Positions 23,916 to 37,019 of a stretch of DNA of 64,000 bases are shown here, one piece after another. The position numbers and the translations under genes were made by a program. Under the pieces are notes generated by a model. That model was not told the DNA's origin and made no database searches. It was given only the letters and a program-made list of their open reading frames with translations. The first letter of the stretch is position 1. The number at the start of each line of letters is the position of its first letter. The stretch spans positions 327,050,001 through 327,114,000 of the forward strand of contig OZ024743.1 of assembly GCA_964016885.1 (NCBI GenBank). Direction: 5' to 3'. This stretch comes from Eledone cirrhosa. Taxonomy: Eukaryota.

Positions 23916-25002
23916 TATTACCAATATCATTAACAATGTCTTTGTGCTTTATAAAGACATGTGACCAAATAAATACATGTCTGAATTTTTGTCTGAACTG
24001 TCACACAAACCTATAATTAAAGCAACAGTTAGAAAGTAATATTAGAAAGTGAAAAGTGCATATATCTAAGTGCAATACTAATACTAATATCAAATGAAGT
24101 GGATCCTTTAGCTATCTTTAAAAACTACTCCAGATCACAGTAATTTAAGAGCAGTCTTAGTTATTCATAAAGTTTCACATAAACTGATACTTCAAATACA
24201 ACTTTTGAGCATTAACCTTAAATGTATATTATGAGGTCAAGTATATGTTAAGTATTTTCTAAGTGGAGAATGCAGTTGACTAAAGACATTAGTTTAAATT
24301 AGATGCTGATATTACTTTATCATTGTAACCTTCATTTTCCATGCCAACAGATTGACCATCATCATCACCGTTTAACATCTATTTCTCCACACTTGCATGG
24401 GTTAGTTGGGTTATACTTTGCTCATAACATGACCACATTTTAGCTGGGTTTTTATGGTTACTGGAAGCCCTTCCTAACACCAACCACATTTACAGTGTGG
24501 AAACTGAGTGGTACCGTTATGGGACAGGTCTGGTCAGTTGGCTGCACCGTACCTTGCTCATAGTAGAACAATGTTTCGGCTGAGTTTATCTGACTGCTGG
24601 ATGCCCTTCCTAAACCTTGTCCATGTTTATACCAACCACATTTACAGTGTGGAAACTGGGTGGTACCGTTTTGAGGAAGGTCTGGCCATTGGCTGTGCTG
24701 TATCTTGCTCATAGTGGAATCGCATTTCCAGACATTAAAAGGGCATCCAGCTGTAGAAATCAAGCCAGATCAGTTCCTGTATGAGCAAGGCATGGTCAGC
24801 CGACCAGACACTGCCCACAACAGGACAACCCGTCTAACCCATGCTAGCGTGGAAGAACGGACGTAAAACGGTGATGATGATGATGATGATGAGACATCAT
24901 AAAAAAAAAAAAACATTTTGTTACCATACTTCTAGTGAAATACATTGTATTTGAATTGATTATTGAAGAATTTTGAGAGTTGTCAAAATTATTATTGTGT
25001 TA

Positions 25003-28000
25003 TCTATCTAATCCATCTTACGGCCAATCTGTCGATTTTGAGAATGTAAGCAAAACACTTGTCTTTCCTTTTACCCGTAGTTGACTCAATACGCAGTGTT
25101 CTAAACTTCTATTTATGCCAGTCTAGAATTCAAATTCTTCATTTTTCTTTCAGATTTTCAATTAATATTTTACATGTTTTTAATAATATGTCTCATTCGG
25201 TTGGACCCTTCCTAAAAACTTACCTTATCCTAAAGTTACCCATAAAGTTGACTCAATAAGCAGTGTTTTAAATTTCTATTTATGCCAGTCTAGAATTCAA
25301 ATTCTCCGCTTTTCTCAGATTTTTAATTAATATTTTACATGTTTTTAATAATATGTCTCATTCTGTTGGACCCTTCCTAAAAACTAACCTTCTCCTAAAG
25401 ATACCCCCTCCCCACACACACACACACAACCATTGCTATATGGTCCAATCAGAACTCAGCGGCTTTAGTAAGTTCTCTAACAAATCAGTATAGTAAAGCT
25501 ACTACCTCGGTTACTACTCCATAAGTTTAGACCTATTTGATGGGTGGACTGCGGAATTTGGTAAGTCTAAACACTCAATGACGATGTCAAAGATAAAGAT
25601 AAATTCACCTCCCACTGCAGGATGAGAATACAAGGACCCCTCTTTATTTCAGACACGGATGACCAACATAATTTCGCCTCCCACACCCCTCACTGCCCCT
25701 CCAACCCATCCATCCCACCCTCCCAACTTCAGAGTTGGTACGATGAACGTAGGCACATTGAAAGGTCACTCAAATGAGGTTGTAGAGATGCTTGAACGTA
25801 AGGAAGTTGATGTTTGTTGTATTCAAGAGACTAGGTTGAGAGGTGGGTCTGCCAGATTCATCGTGGGTAAAAAACGATGCTATAAATGTTTCTGGGTAGG
25901 AAATGACAACGGACTGGGTGGTGTAGGAATTATGTTAGCTGAAAAATAGGTAGATAAGGTAATTGACGTAAATAGAGTGAAATACAGAATAATTAAAATA
26001 AGACTAGTTCTAAATAGAACTACTGTGACAATAATATCCGCTTATGCACCCCAATCTGGTCTACATGACGTTATAAAGGACAGGTTCTACGAGACGCTAA
26101 TGCACACTACCTCCCAAATAACCGACAGCGACTACTTAATTATTGCTGGCGACCTAATCAGTCACGTTGGACAACATAGTGATGGCTATGGTGGAATCCA
26201 TGGAGGCTATGGGTTTGGAAATAGAAATGAGGAGGGCTTCAGAATCCTGGAATTCTGTGACGCTAATAACCTAACTATCTGTAACACAATACCACTTTGG
26301 AAGAAGAATCAGGATGGAGAGAGAGGTGCTGTACCCCAGCAAGTTTTATGAAAGGTGGGTGAAAGTGGCGAGAATGGCCCGAGTGAATGGGCCTTCTCTC
26401 TATATCAGCCTGTAGGTTGAGGAAAAGGAGGAGGAGAGGAAAGGAGTACAAGCTCTTCGTACTCCTGGAGATGAGGGTTGCACATTTTTTTTCGGGGGTA
26501 TGTGTTACCCATATAAACTGTCTCCCTCTATTGGGGAAAATCGACTAACTTTTAAATTCCATCTGTGATAACATTTTACACGTTTTTATTGTATGTAAAC
26601 TTCCCCCTTTGTATTTGTCCCCTTCTTTTGTGCCCCTGTGGCTAATAAAGAAATATATCTGTAACACAAACTTCAAAACATGACAAAACCACTTGATCAC
26701 CTATAGATCAGGGGAACACACCAGCCAGATAGATTATATCCTTACTAGAAGACGTGACAAAGTGTCTATTGTAAACATTAAATCTCTCCCCCGTGAAGAA
26801 TGCACCTCCCAACATAGCCTAGTAGTTAGTGACCTCATAGTCAGGAATAGACGTACTCAACAGAGGAGGCCTACCTTGAGAAGAATATGGAAGTTGAAGG
26901 ACCCCACAGCCAGTGACAAATTTAAAAGTTTATTACTTGACGCCCTTGACAATAAGGAAGAGCAATTAGAGACATGCAATATAGAGGAACAGTGGGAATG
27001 CTTGAAAGTGTACCTGCTGAAAGCAACAGATGAAATTTGTGGCTGGAGCAGACCTATTGACAGAAGGAGAGTAACTTGGTAGTGGAACAGTAAGGTGGAA
27101 AAAGCAGGTTAGGAAAGTATGGCAGGATAGGGGGAGTAGAGAGCACTATCAAGTGGCCAGGAGAGAAGCTAGGAGACAAGTGTACTTTGCAAAAAGGGAA
27201 GCAGAGGATAGAAAGTTCAAGCATGTTCTACAACGTGAGGATCAAAAATGTGAGGTGTTTAGGATTGCTAGACAATGTGTCAAGGAAAACCGTGATATTG
27301 TCGGGGAGAAGTGTGTGTGTCCGTAATGATAACGGTGTACATGCCCTCACTGATACTGATAAGAAGATAGCTTGGAAGTGTCACTACGAGAGACTATTAA
27401 ATGAGGAGAATAAATGGGAGAAAGTTAGTCTGCCCCAAATCAATCCAATAGAAGAACCAGCGGTGCAAGTTAAAGGTAGTATAATAAGTAAGGCAATCAA
27501 AGATATGAAGACAGGCAAGGCAGCTGGGCCTTCGGAGATAGTTGCTGAGATGTTGAAGGCATCTGGAATGGTGGGACACATTATGGTCACCCATATAGTT
27601 AACCAAATAAAACAGAATGGGGTCATACCAAAAGACTGGCGTAGCAGCATCATCATTAACTGCTACAAGGGTAAAGAGGATGCTCTAGATAGGGGAAACT
27701 ATAGAGGCATTAAGTTAGTTGACCAGGTCATGACGGTCACAGAAAGAGTTATAGTGCAACTAATCAGAGAGCGAATTGATCTAGATGAAATGCAGTTTGG
27801 GTTTGTGTCAGGTAAAAGTACCACATACGCTCTTTTCCTTGTACGACAACTACAGGAGAAGTACCTAGCTAAAATTAATCCCCTCTACTTAGCTTTTGTA
27901 GACCTGGAGAAAGCCTTTGACAGAGACCCCTGCTCCATTATCAGGTGGACTCTTAGAAAACTAGGTGTAGATGAATGGCTTGTGAGAGCTATACAAGCTA

Positions 28001-29280
28001 TGTATAAAGAAACAGTCAGTAAGGTTAGAATTAACAATGAATATTGTGAAGAATTTAGGGTAAAAGTTGATGTTCATCAAGGCTCTGTCCTTAGCCCCCT
28101 CCTATTTATTATTGCCCTTCAGGCTATAACAGAGGAGTTCAAGACCGGCTGCCCATGAGAACTCCTATACGCAGATGATCTAACTCTCATAGCTGAATCT
28201 ATGGCTGAACTAGAGAAGAAATTCCAAACATGGAAGCATGGCCTAGAATCAAAAGGCCTTAAAGTTAACTTGTCTAAGACTAAAGTTCTAGTATGTAGAA
28301 AGGAAAATAGGGCACAGGCGCCCTCAAGGAAATGGCCATGCTCAGTGTGTAGGAAAGGAGTAAGCAGAAATTCCATTTTATGTCCCAAATGCAAACTATG
28401 GGTACATAAAAGGTGTAGTGGGATCACAGGTAAACTATCTAAGAACATAGACTTTATATGTGGCCGATGCTCAGGTGCAATAAGTAGCAAGTGTCCACAG
28501 GATACTAGCTCCTTCTATTGCCCAGATGGTTCTATAGAAATAGTGGACACTTTCCGTTACCTGGGTGACAAAATCAGCAGTGGTGGAGGGTGCTCTGAAA
28601 GTACAGTAGCCAGAGTCAGAACGGGATGGAAAAAGTTCAGAGAGCTTATACCGCTGTTGGCCACAAAAGGTTTCGCTCTAAAAATGAAAGGCAGATTGTA
28701 TGATGCCTGTATATGAACAGCAATGCTACATGGCATTGAGACATGCGCATTACGTGCAGAGGACCTGCACAGACTGGAAAGGAACGAAGCATGCATGCTC
28801 TGTTGGATGTGTAATAGTAATATACGTGAACGGCAAAGCATAAATGAACTAAGTGAGAAATTAGGAATAAGAGGGATCAGCTGTTTACTTGAGAGAAGAC
28901 TACGTTGGTATGGCCACGTGATGCGCATGAAAGACAACAGCTGTATAAAAAAAGTGCAGGGCGATCAAAATTAATGGTGGTTACGGAGTAGGTAGACCCA
29001 GAAAAACCTGGGACGATCTGATAAATTCCGACCTTACACACTTACACCTCTCTAAGACAATGTCACTGGACCGAGATCTTTGGCGCTACCCAGTAATACA
29101 GTTCCCAGTTCCCCACTAAATGTGGTTGGTGTTAGGAAGGGCATCCAGCCATAGAAAACCTGCCAGATAGTCCTATATGATCGAGACACGGTCACCCAAC
29201 CAACCTTGCCTCAAGTGGGACAACTCCCGTCTAACCCATGCTAGCATGGAAGATGGATGTTAAACGAAGATGATGATGAT
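25003..29280 (+). mobile_element. RTE-clade LINE (subfamily A), full length including 5' UTR, inactivated
   Basis: 5' end (CTATCTAATC...TTACGGCC..GTCGATTT) matches the 5' end of the copy ending at 46307; APE 25659-26800, RT 27187-28260, C4HC3 finger, (GAT)n tail at ~29268-29280; many stops. Confidence 0.93.
26290..26655 (+). mobile_element. 5'-truncated L1/Tx1-like LINE 3' end inserted in the RTE endonuclease
   Basis: Perfect 14-bp TSD TATCTGTAACACAA (26276-26289, 26656-26669); opens with ORF end RRIRMEREVLYPSKFYERW...*; terminal AATAAAG. Confidence 0.75.
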
Positions 29281-30065
29281 TAGATGACAGGTTGCATAAA
29301 TTGTCGGGGGGGGGGGGGGGTCTTACAAGGAAATTCGATGAAAGAAAAAAAGAAAAAGGAATAAAATAAATATACACACTTCATATGGGTAGAGCTCCAC
29401 CTAGGGCCAATTGAGGAACCACACAGATCTAGAATCACTGATACAAGGAGCAAAAACCCTCTCCCAACTGTCATTTTCCAGCCTACAAGCACATGCTAAG
29501 AACAGATACATTTATTCTTGCTGTTTTCACTACTTTCACCCACTTTTTCACAAATTTACTGGAGGAAAGAACCTCCCTCTTCACTTTCACGTTCCTTTCC
29601 AAATGAAACTTGAAAAAGTTAGTGAGGGTCAGAATCAAATAATAATGATAATGGTTTCTAATTTAGGCACAAAGCCAGCAATTTCAGTAATAAAGAAAGT
29701 TAATTAAATTGACCCCGGTACTTAACTGGTACTTTATTTGAACTTGGAACATAAAGAGCTAGAACAAATGCCACAAAACACTTTCTCCAGCACTCTAATA
29801 ATTTTGCTAATGTACAATTTCTTTATAACAACATTTTTCTGTTTAAAACACACCATCGGTCTTAAGTTTATTTAAGTGAATAACGACGGTTAAGAAAAAC
29901 GAGTGCAATTAAATATTGACAGAAAAATTAAATTCTCATATTACTGAATTCATATTTGGCAAACAAACAACTGTATCTATAAATGAAATTAGTTCCTTAA
30001 TGTTCTGTATATTGAATTAGCATATATCAAATTTATAAAAAGAAGCCAACATGGTAAATTTTTAA

Positions 30066-30312
30066 CCCTTTCATTACAATATTTCTAATGAAAAACACTG
30101 ACTATGATTTTCAAATAATTTTGAATATAATCATGTATGTGGAAGTATTTAATAATATAACTAACTTCTCAATTTCAAGTTGGTTTCTGGAGCATCACTT
30201 AAAGGTTCTTACATAAAATTAATATGCAAAGTTTTTAGATAAATATAAAAACTTTAAAATAGATTGCATCATGGAGCCAGGTGCAATTTCAGGTCGTTTA
30301 GTATTGAAAGGG
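30066..30312. mobile_element. piggyBac-type MITE family 2, intact
   Basis: TTAA flanks (30062-30065, 30313-30316); TIR CCCTTTCATTAC / GTATTGAAAGGG; related copies near 9460-9645, 31290-31530, 33835-34512 and 39595-39810. Confidence 0.8.
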
Positions 30313-32069
30313 TTAAAAATTCAAATTGAAAAAAAGATTAAGTTGAGAAAAATATGAAATTTTCAGTAATGTATGATGTGACTATTGTTGAATAAAGACA
30401 TTTTTTTTATAAGTTAAGAGACAGTAACTATGACCTTTAGAAACCTTCTGAAACTTAAGATCAGTTCAAATTTCTGGAACAGACCCACTTTGCTTTCGAT
30501 AAAGAGTGCTCCAATTGTTTGATCACTGGAACAGCCAACTCATGAAATTAACATGTAAGTAACTGAGCATTCCACAAACACATGTGCCTATTATATAGTT
30601 CTCGAGATTCAGCATGACACAAAGTATGTCTGACAAGGCCCTTTGAATTACAGTCCAAACAAGCTTCCAAACAGTTTCTGTCTATTCAATTTCACTTACA
30701 CAGCATGGGTAGACCCAACACTTGGCCTATATTCCGCATAATGGGATCGAACCTGGGGTTTAATGATTGCTGCATCTACTACAAGAGCTTTATAAAGTAT
30801 CAGCAACTGATCATAGTTAAAGTATTTTGAGCTCTGAAGAAGAAGCATAGCTTTTAGGATGCAGTTTTGGTAACATTAGTTATGTGATGGAATGAGAGTT
30901 AATCAGAAATTATGAAGCATATTTAAGGGATTTAGTTGTGTGTTATTGATATGCAGATGAGGTTTAGTGCCTCATTGTTTCCTTGACATATATAGTTAGG
31001 TACCCTAATGCTATTGAAGGAAATAAGGTTATCACATTTCCATTGAAGAATGTTTACAAAGTGTCATTATCATCATCATTTACTCTCCATTTTCCCTGCC
31101 AGCATAGATTGAACAAGGTGTCTGTTCATGAAAGCAGTGCATATCTGAAATGAGGTGTTCACGCTATATGGAGAAAGCTTAGAAGGCAGGAAATAAGTAG
31201 GAGTCTATGTTGTTAGGAGTAACAGCAAGTAGACCATTATTATACAATATACAGAAGAATGAACAGAGGAAGATATAACCAAACATTGGTTAACTCTTTC
31301 ATTACTCTATTTCCAATAAAAAAAAAAAACACTGCCTATGATTTTCTATTGAATCAAGAATTTGGAAAGATTTAGTAACACAAGTATTTTTCTCATTACT
31401 AAACTGGCATTTAAAACATAACATTTGTTCTTACATAACAGAAGATTTTTAGATAAATATTAACATTTTAAAACACATTTTATATCATAGAACCAGTGGC
31501 AGTTACAGGTGATTTGGTATCAAAAGTTTCTAAAATGTAGCCCACATAAGTGCTTTTTCATTGATTGCTGCAGTCAAATAATTTGACAGGAAACATTCAT
31601 AAAACTGATACAAATATATTTGACTACATATAAAACCAAAAAGACCAAGAAAGACATGGGAAGAAGTGGTGAAAGCAGATCTCATGAGGCTGAATGTCAG
31701 AAAGGTGAGCAAAAGAAGACCATCCAACCCATACAAGCATCTAAAAACAGCTATAATGATGATGATGATGATGATAATGACTCATACTCTACATATCAAA
31801 TATTCAGTTACTAGAAATTATCTAATGCAAAGCTCAGAACAAATGAGTGTAGACAATACTAGAGAGTGTACACTGCCATAGTGAAATATTTAAGCAAATC
31901 AAACTCTAAAAACCGAAACAAAATAAACAATGAATGGTTAACCATGTGATTCTAGATTCAGTCCTGCAGTGGGGTACCTTGGAGAAGTGTCTTCTACTAT
32001 AGCCTTGAGTTGAACAATTACTTGTGAGTGGAACTTGGTAGGCGGAAACTGCAGAAGCCCATTTATACG

Positions 32070-32107
<38 letters not shown>

Positions 32108-32328
32108 TAGATAGATAGAAAGATAGATTGATAATATAATAATAATAATGAGCAGGAACGAAGTATTAATATAGGATCATTATGTATATTCGAGTGACGT
32201 GCTTTTGTGATCGATCAGCTCAAGGTACGATCAGTGATCGCACCCAACTATGGAATTGATAGCTCACCAATAAACTATTTATCATCATCATCGTTTAACG
32301 TCTATCTTCCACACTAGTATGGGTTAGA

Positions 32329-32600
32329 TTCAATGAATTACTGGTGGTGGTACCAAAATGAGCACTCAATGCACAGGCAAAGTGTATAAAGAAAAACAAA
32401 GTTTATTTTACATACAGTTTTTGTTTTGTGTATCAACTTTTTGTTACACGCATTTCGCAGAGGACTGGCTCAGGGTCACCCATAGAAGTTATGGACCCGA
32501 CTATTATCGATCTGCTCTTCAAACTGGTGATTCAACAAAAAAATACAGTATTCATTTTATTATAGAAATGACTTCTACAGGGCTAGAGCTGTTTCATTTG
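32329..32600 (-). mobile_element. Penelope-like pLTR fragment with two tandem hammerhead-like motifs
   Basis: Minus strand: GAAACAG..CTGTA|GAAG half-motif (same family as 17561 and 20563), then TTGAAGA-GCAGA...TCTGC-GAAATGCGTGTA, then GCATTGAGTGC tail motif. Confidence 0.6.
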
Positions 32601-32869
32601 AATTCTACATATATGTGTGTATTGTGTGTGTGTGTGTGGGGGGGGGGGGGCATATATGTATTTGCATGTCTGTATTTGTGTCTCGTAATGTGGCACTTCA
32701 GCAAACAGGAAATCGATAAAATAAATACAAGACTTGAAAAAACAAGTACTGGGGTCATGATCAACTAAATCAACATACTGCCCCAGCATGGCCAGTCAAA
32801 TGATTGAAACAAGTAAAGAATAAAAAGAATAAACATCAAAAATGATTTACAAGTAGATTATAAATAAAG

Positions 32870-33030
32870 GCACAGGCATGGCTGTGTCATTAAAAAGTTT
32901 GCTTCACTATGTGGTTTGGATTCAATCTCTATGAGTGACACCTTATGGAAGGATCTACAATAGCCCCAAGCTGACCAATGCCTTGAGGGAAATTGGTAAA
33001 TGGAAAATGTGTGGAAGCCACTTATATATA
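32870..33030 (+). mobile_element. old tRNA-derived SINE
   Basis: GGCACAGGCATGGCTGTGTCATTAAAAAGTTTGCTT...GGATTCAATC head; related copies at ~31940-32065 and ~41200-41360. Confidence 0.5.
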
Positions 33031-33869
33031 TATGTGCATGCACGTATGCATGAGTTAATCTCCATATTGACACCAGTCAGGCATCCAGTAACAACCCAAC
33101 TGAAGAGTCCTCCTGGCCCCTTTGTTTGGCTGGATACCTTCCCTATCTCCAACCACTTTATAGAGTGCACTGAGTCCATTTGTCATGTAGATCACTAACA
33201 CTAGAGAGGCTGTCGTGCCTTTGACACAACAGAAGAGTCCTCGTAACACTTCTTTGACATGTTTTCTACAGCTGAGCATCAGGCTGTAGACTACTGCCTC
33301 AAATATTCTTGTCTAACTAACCCATATCAGAATGGAAATGTGGACATTAAAACAATGACGATGAGTTAGTATAACTAATACAATAAATTCACCCCTATAA
33401 CCAACATCGTTTTCTATAGTTTCCATTTAATTTATATATAAAATATAAAATTGGTTGTGCATAAAGCTACAAATAAAACTGTGACATTACAAATATAAAT
33501 ACATCTACCAACATTTATCTAGAGAAAAATAGAAAACAAATGCAGCATGTGATAGAACCTACTAAACAACCACTGCATTAAAATAACTTTAAGTCAAAAT
33601 TTTGCCACTCCGATAAAACTAACAATTAAAAGAAAATAAAACATCCTGAAACTCATGTGATTAATTTTGTTTACTAGATTTTATGGGTGCCATACTCATG
33701 TTTCTGAGACTATCAAGTTTAAATTTTAAGATAGATCAAAAGCATATTCCCTAATGAATATAACATTTCAGCAAGCAGGCAATTTAAAATTACATAAACT
33801 GAAAAACAAAAGAGACAAATGCTCTCCTAACACTTAACCTTTTCATGCCCATATTTCTAATGAAATACA

Positions 33870-34320
33870 TTCTTCTTCTTCACCCACTTATTCATGAGGG
33901 GGTCATGGGGGCAGAGTCCTCAAACACTCCTTCCAGCAGGTCCTGACAGAAGCAACTGTCTCCAACTGATCCTGTTGGATCCCCAAGCGAGACCAGCCAA
34001 GCTCATGAATGTTATCGAACCATCTTGCTTGGGGTCTACCTCTGGATCTACCTCCTGCCAGTTGGTTTTGCCCGTAAAATCTGCCGAATGATTCTTTCCT
34101 GAAACATGCTCATAGTATCAGAGCTATGATCACTCAATTCAGAGAAGTAGCAGCTCTACTTGGAGTGACTCTCTGATCTCCAAGCTACACACTTTATCGA
34201 GTAACGTTACTCTAAGGACCCTTCGGCAGAACCCCATTTCGGCTGCTTGTATTCATGATCATATGCTTTCAGTCATTACCCAAGATTCACAATCATAGGT
34301 AAGAGTTGGCATGAATACTA
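33870..34320 (-). mobile_element. RTE-clade LINE 3' fragment of a different family ((GAA)n tail), inside a MITE
   Basis: Minus strand VFMPTLTYDCESWVMT...RIQAAEMGFCRRV; CTTCTTCTT tail. Confidence 0.65.
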
Positions 34321-34911
34321 AATTCTATTTCAATTAATTAGAGAAAAATTTTGAATTATTAATTTTATCATCACTCATATTGTAACTTACTATATGATTC
34401 TTATTGAAAATTATGTTAGAAGATGTTTATTTAAATAGGAACCCTTCAAAATAAATGATTTTGTTTCATAGAACCAGAGCCAGGTTTGGACGAGTTAGTA
34501 TCAAAAGGATTAACGAAGAATTAAAAATGAAAATACAAAATAACATGCAGCTCAACATCAGGCATCATTATCATCGTTATGTCTATTTATCCAGGATGGC
34601 AAAGGCTGGATGGAACTATTTTTAATGCAGTAGTTCTATGGTCACATGCCTTTCCTGACACCAACACACAATTTATTTTTATGTACAATATATACTACTG
34701 ACATTCCTTGAGTCACTAATCTCCAAGAGTATTTGATATGAAAATATCAATACATATATATATCCACACACAATGGACTTCTTTACAGTTGGCCCAAAGC
34801 TCTAAAACTCATTTGAAAATCAAGGTGATGTACAGTGAGAGCGATCTCCAAATCAAATGGTTGCAAAGTGAATTTTTTTAGCTACAAAACAATGCCTGCA
34901 CCAAATATTAA

Positions 34912-36720
34912 CCCTTTAGCATTTACATTACTCTATATATACTATTGTATTTTTGTGGTAAAGGCTTTATCTTACATAATTATCTCACATAATATAATAA
35001 TAATGAAACGTTTGTGTAAAGTGCTCAGGTGCACTACAACTCGTCAAAGGTGCATGTATACTACATAGAATAATATACAAATGTCAGGGAAATGAACTGT
35101 GTATGAGTTGTGATATACATGTGTGCATGTGTATGGATGGGGAACATTAGGTGTAGTGTTGGCGAATCTCGGGAAACATGGAGGTTTTAAAGGATGCAGA
35201 GTCTCGACAGCTAACAACTGATGCAGGTAGTTTGTTCCATGCTTCAGCAACTCTGAGCGTGAAAAAATGTTTCCGAAAGTCAAGGGAACTGTGCTGTTTT
35301 CTGACTTTGTGGACATGCCCACGTGTGTTAGACACATGGAAATCAAAAAGGTACTCAGGGTTGTTGTTGGCAAGATGGTTAACAATTTTGTGGGCGTTTA
35401 CCAAGTCAGTTGCCAGGCGTCGGAGCTTCAATGTATCCATGCACAGGGAAGCAAGGCGTTCAGAGTATGGTAGATGCTTGATGGAGGGTATTCGCTTGGT
35501 TGCATGTCTCTGAACAGTTTCCAGGTGGTCAATGTTCTGAGCAAGATAGGGGTTCCAGACTGGTGATGCAAATTCTAAGTGTGGCCACACCATAGTCATG
35601 TACAGCCTTAAATAGATAGCTGGAGAGCAGCTGACAAAGGTCTTGCTGAGTGATGCTAAGACACCCTCAGCCCTCTTGACAATTTTAGAGACGTACTTCG
35701 TCCAACACAAATCGTTGCTGACCGTAATGCCCAGGTCACGTTCACAAGAAGACTTCTTGATATTAGTGCTGTGGAGGGAGTATGTGGACACTGGGTTTTT
35801 ACTCACAAAATGCATGGTGGTGCACTTGTCCACAGCTAGCTTGAGTTGCCAGTCTGAGAGCCATTGTTGCATTGTGTCCAGGTCAGACTGCAAGCAAGAT
35901 CTATAGTGTTCAGGATCTGTCCTTTTTATCTCAAGGTACAGCTTGATGTCATCTGCATACTTTAGTACTGTGGCATTCTTTAAGTTGGCATCTATGTCAT
36001 TAATATATGCCACAAACAAAAGGAGGCCAAGAACAGATCCCTGTGGTACACCAGATGACATCTCATATGGTGAGGAATGCTGTCCCAGAATCGTGACTAC
36101 CTCTCTCCAACTGAGAATGAAGGACTTCAACCAGTTAAAAAGATCATCCTTCACACCCATTGCAGAGAATTTTGCCATAAGCCTTTTGTGTGGCACAGAA
36201 TTGAAAGCTTTCTCAAAGTCAAGGTAAACAACATCCACCCATGAGCCGCCATCAGTGATCCGGGTGATGTCCTCAAGAAAGTCGATAAATTGATCAAGGC
36301 AGCTGGAGTTGGGGATAAATCCAAATTGCGAGGGCCGGATAAGACTGTGAGAGTTCCAGAATTTCCAAAGTGTTTCTCTGACACAGGATTCCATCAGTTT
36401 GGCAATGCAACTAGTAAGACTGACTGGACGATAGTTCACAGGTGATGTGCGGTCACCCTTTTTGAACAGAGGAATGACACTGGCAGTTTTCCACTGTTCT
36501 GGAGTAGCACCGTTGTTCAGACAGAATTGGAAGAAGCGTGATAGCTGCTTCCAATTCTGTCTGAACAACAGTGCTACTCCAGAACAGTGGAACCTATGAG
36601 ATTTTGATATTTATTTTGAGAACAATAGCTTAATATCAGCATGAGCAACCGGTTACAGCCGGTTTGAACAGAAAGAGGTGAGAGAATTCTGGCCGGATAT
36701 GGCTGGTTTGAATTAAAGGG
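34912..36720. mobile_element. piggyBac-type MITE family 1 split by a CR1 insertion (halves ~34912-34994 and ~36590-36720)
   Basis: TTAA|CCCTTTAGCATTTA ... AAAGGG|TTAA; the joined halves are collinear with 1429-1652. Confidence 0.85.
34995..36592 (-). mobile_element. CR1-clade LINE, 5'-truncated, with uninterrupted RT reading frame (ORF 35147-36568)
   Basis: PLFKKG, NYRPVSLTS, VVYLDFEKAFNSVPH, SGVPQGSVLG, KYADDIK, ERDLG, HLEFASPVWNP, TRGH, FFTLRVAEAWNKLP; ATT-rich tail. Confidence 0.93.
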
Positions 36721-37019
36721 TTAAAATACATTTGAATGAGAGGGATCTTCAGTTGTGTTAAAGACATGACAACTTCCATAGTGTTGCTGCCATAAAAATA
36801 CAGAGAGAGAGAGAGAGAGATGTAGCCCCCAGCCCATCTGACAGATCAGTAGTTCCAATCCAACCCTTGCTAGCAGGGAGAACAGATGTTAAATGATGAT
36901 AATGATTCAAAACAAAAATATGAATGTTTAAAAAATAAGACCATCCAATCACCATCATCATCATCATCGTTTAACGTCCATCTTCCATGCTTGCATGGGT
37001 TATAGTAATAGTAATATTG

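Noticed and set aside
25003-25660. HDV-like ribozyme in the RTE 5' UTR
   Set aside because: Could not identify the nested double pseudoknot by eye; needs an RNArobo or Infernal search
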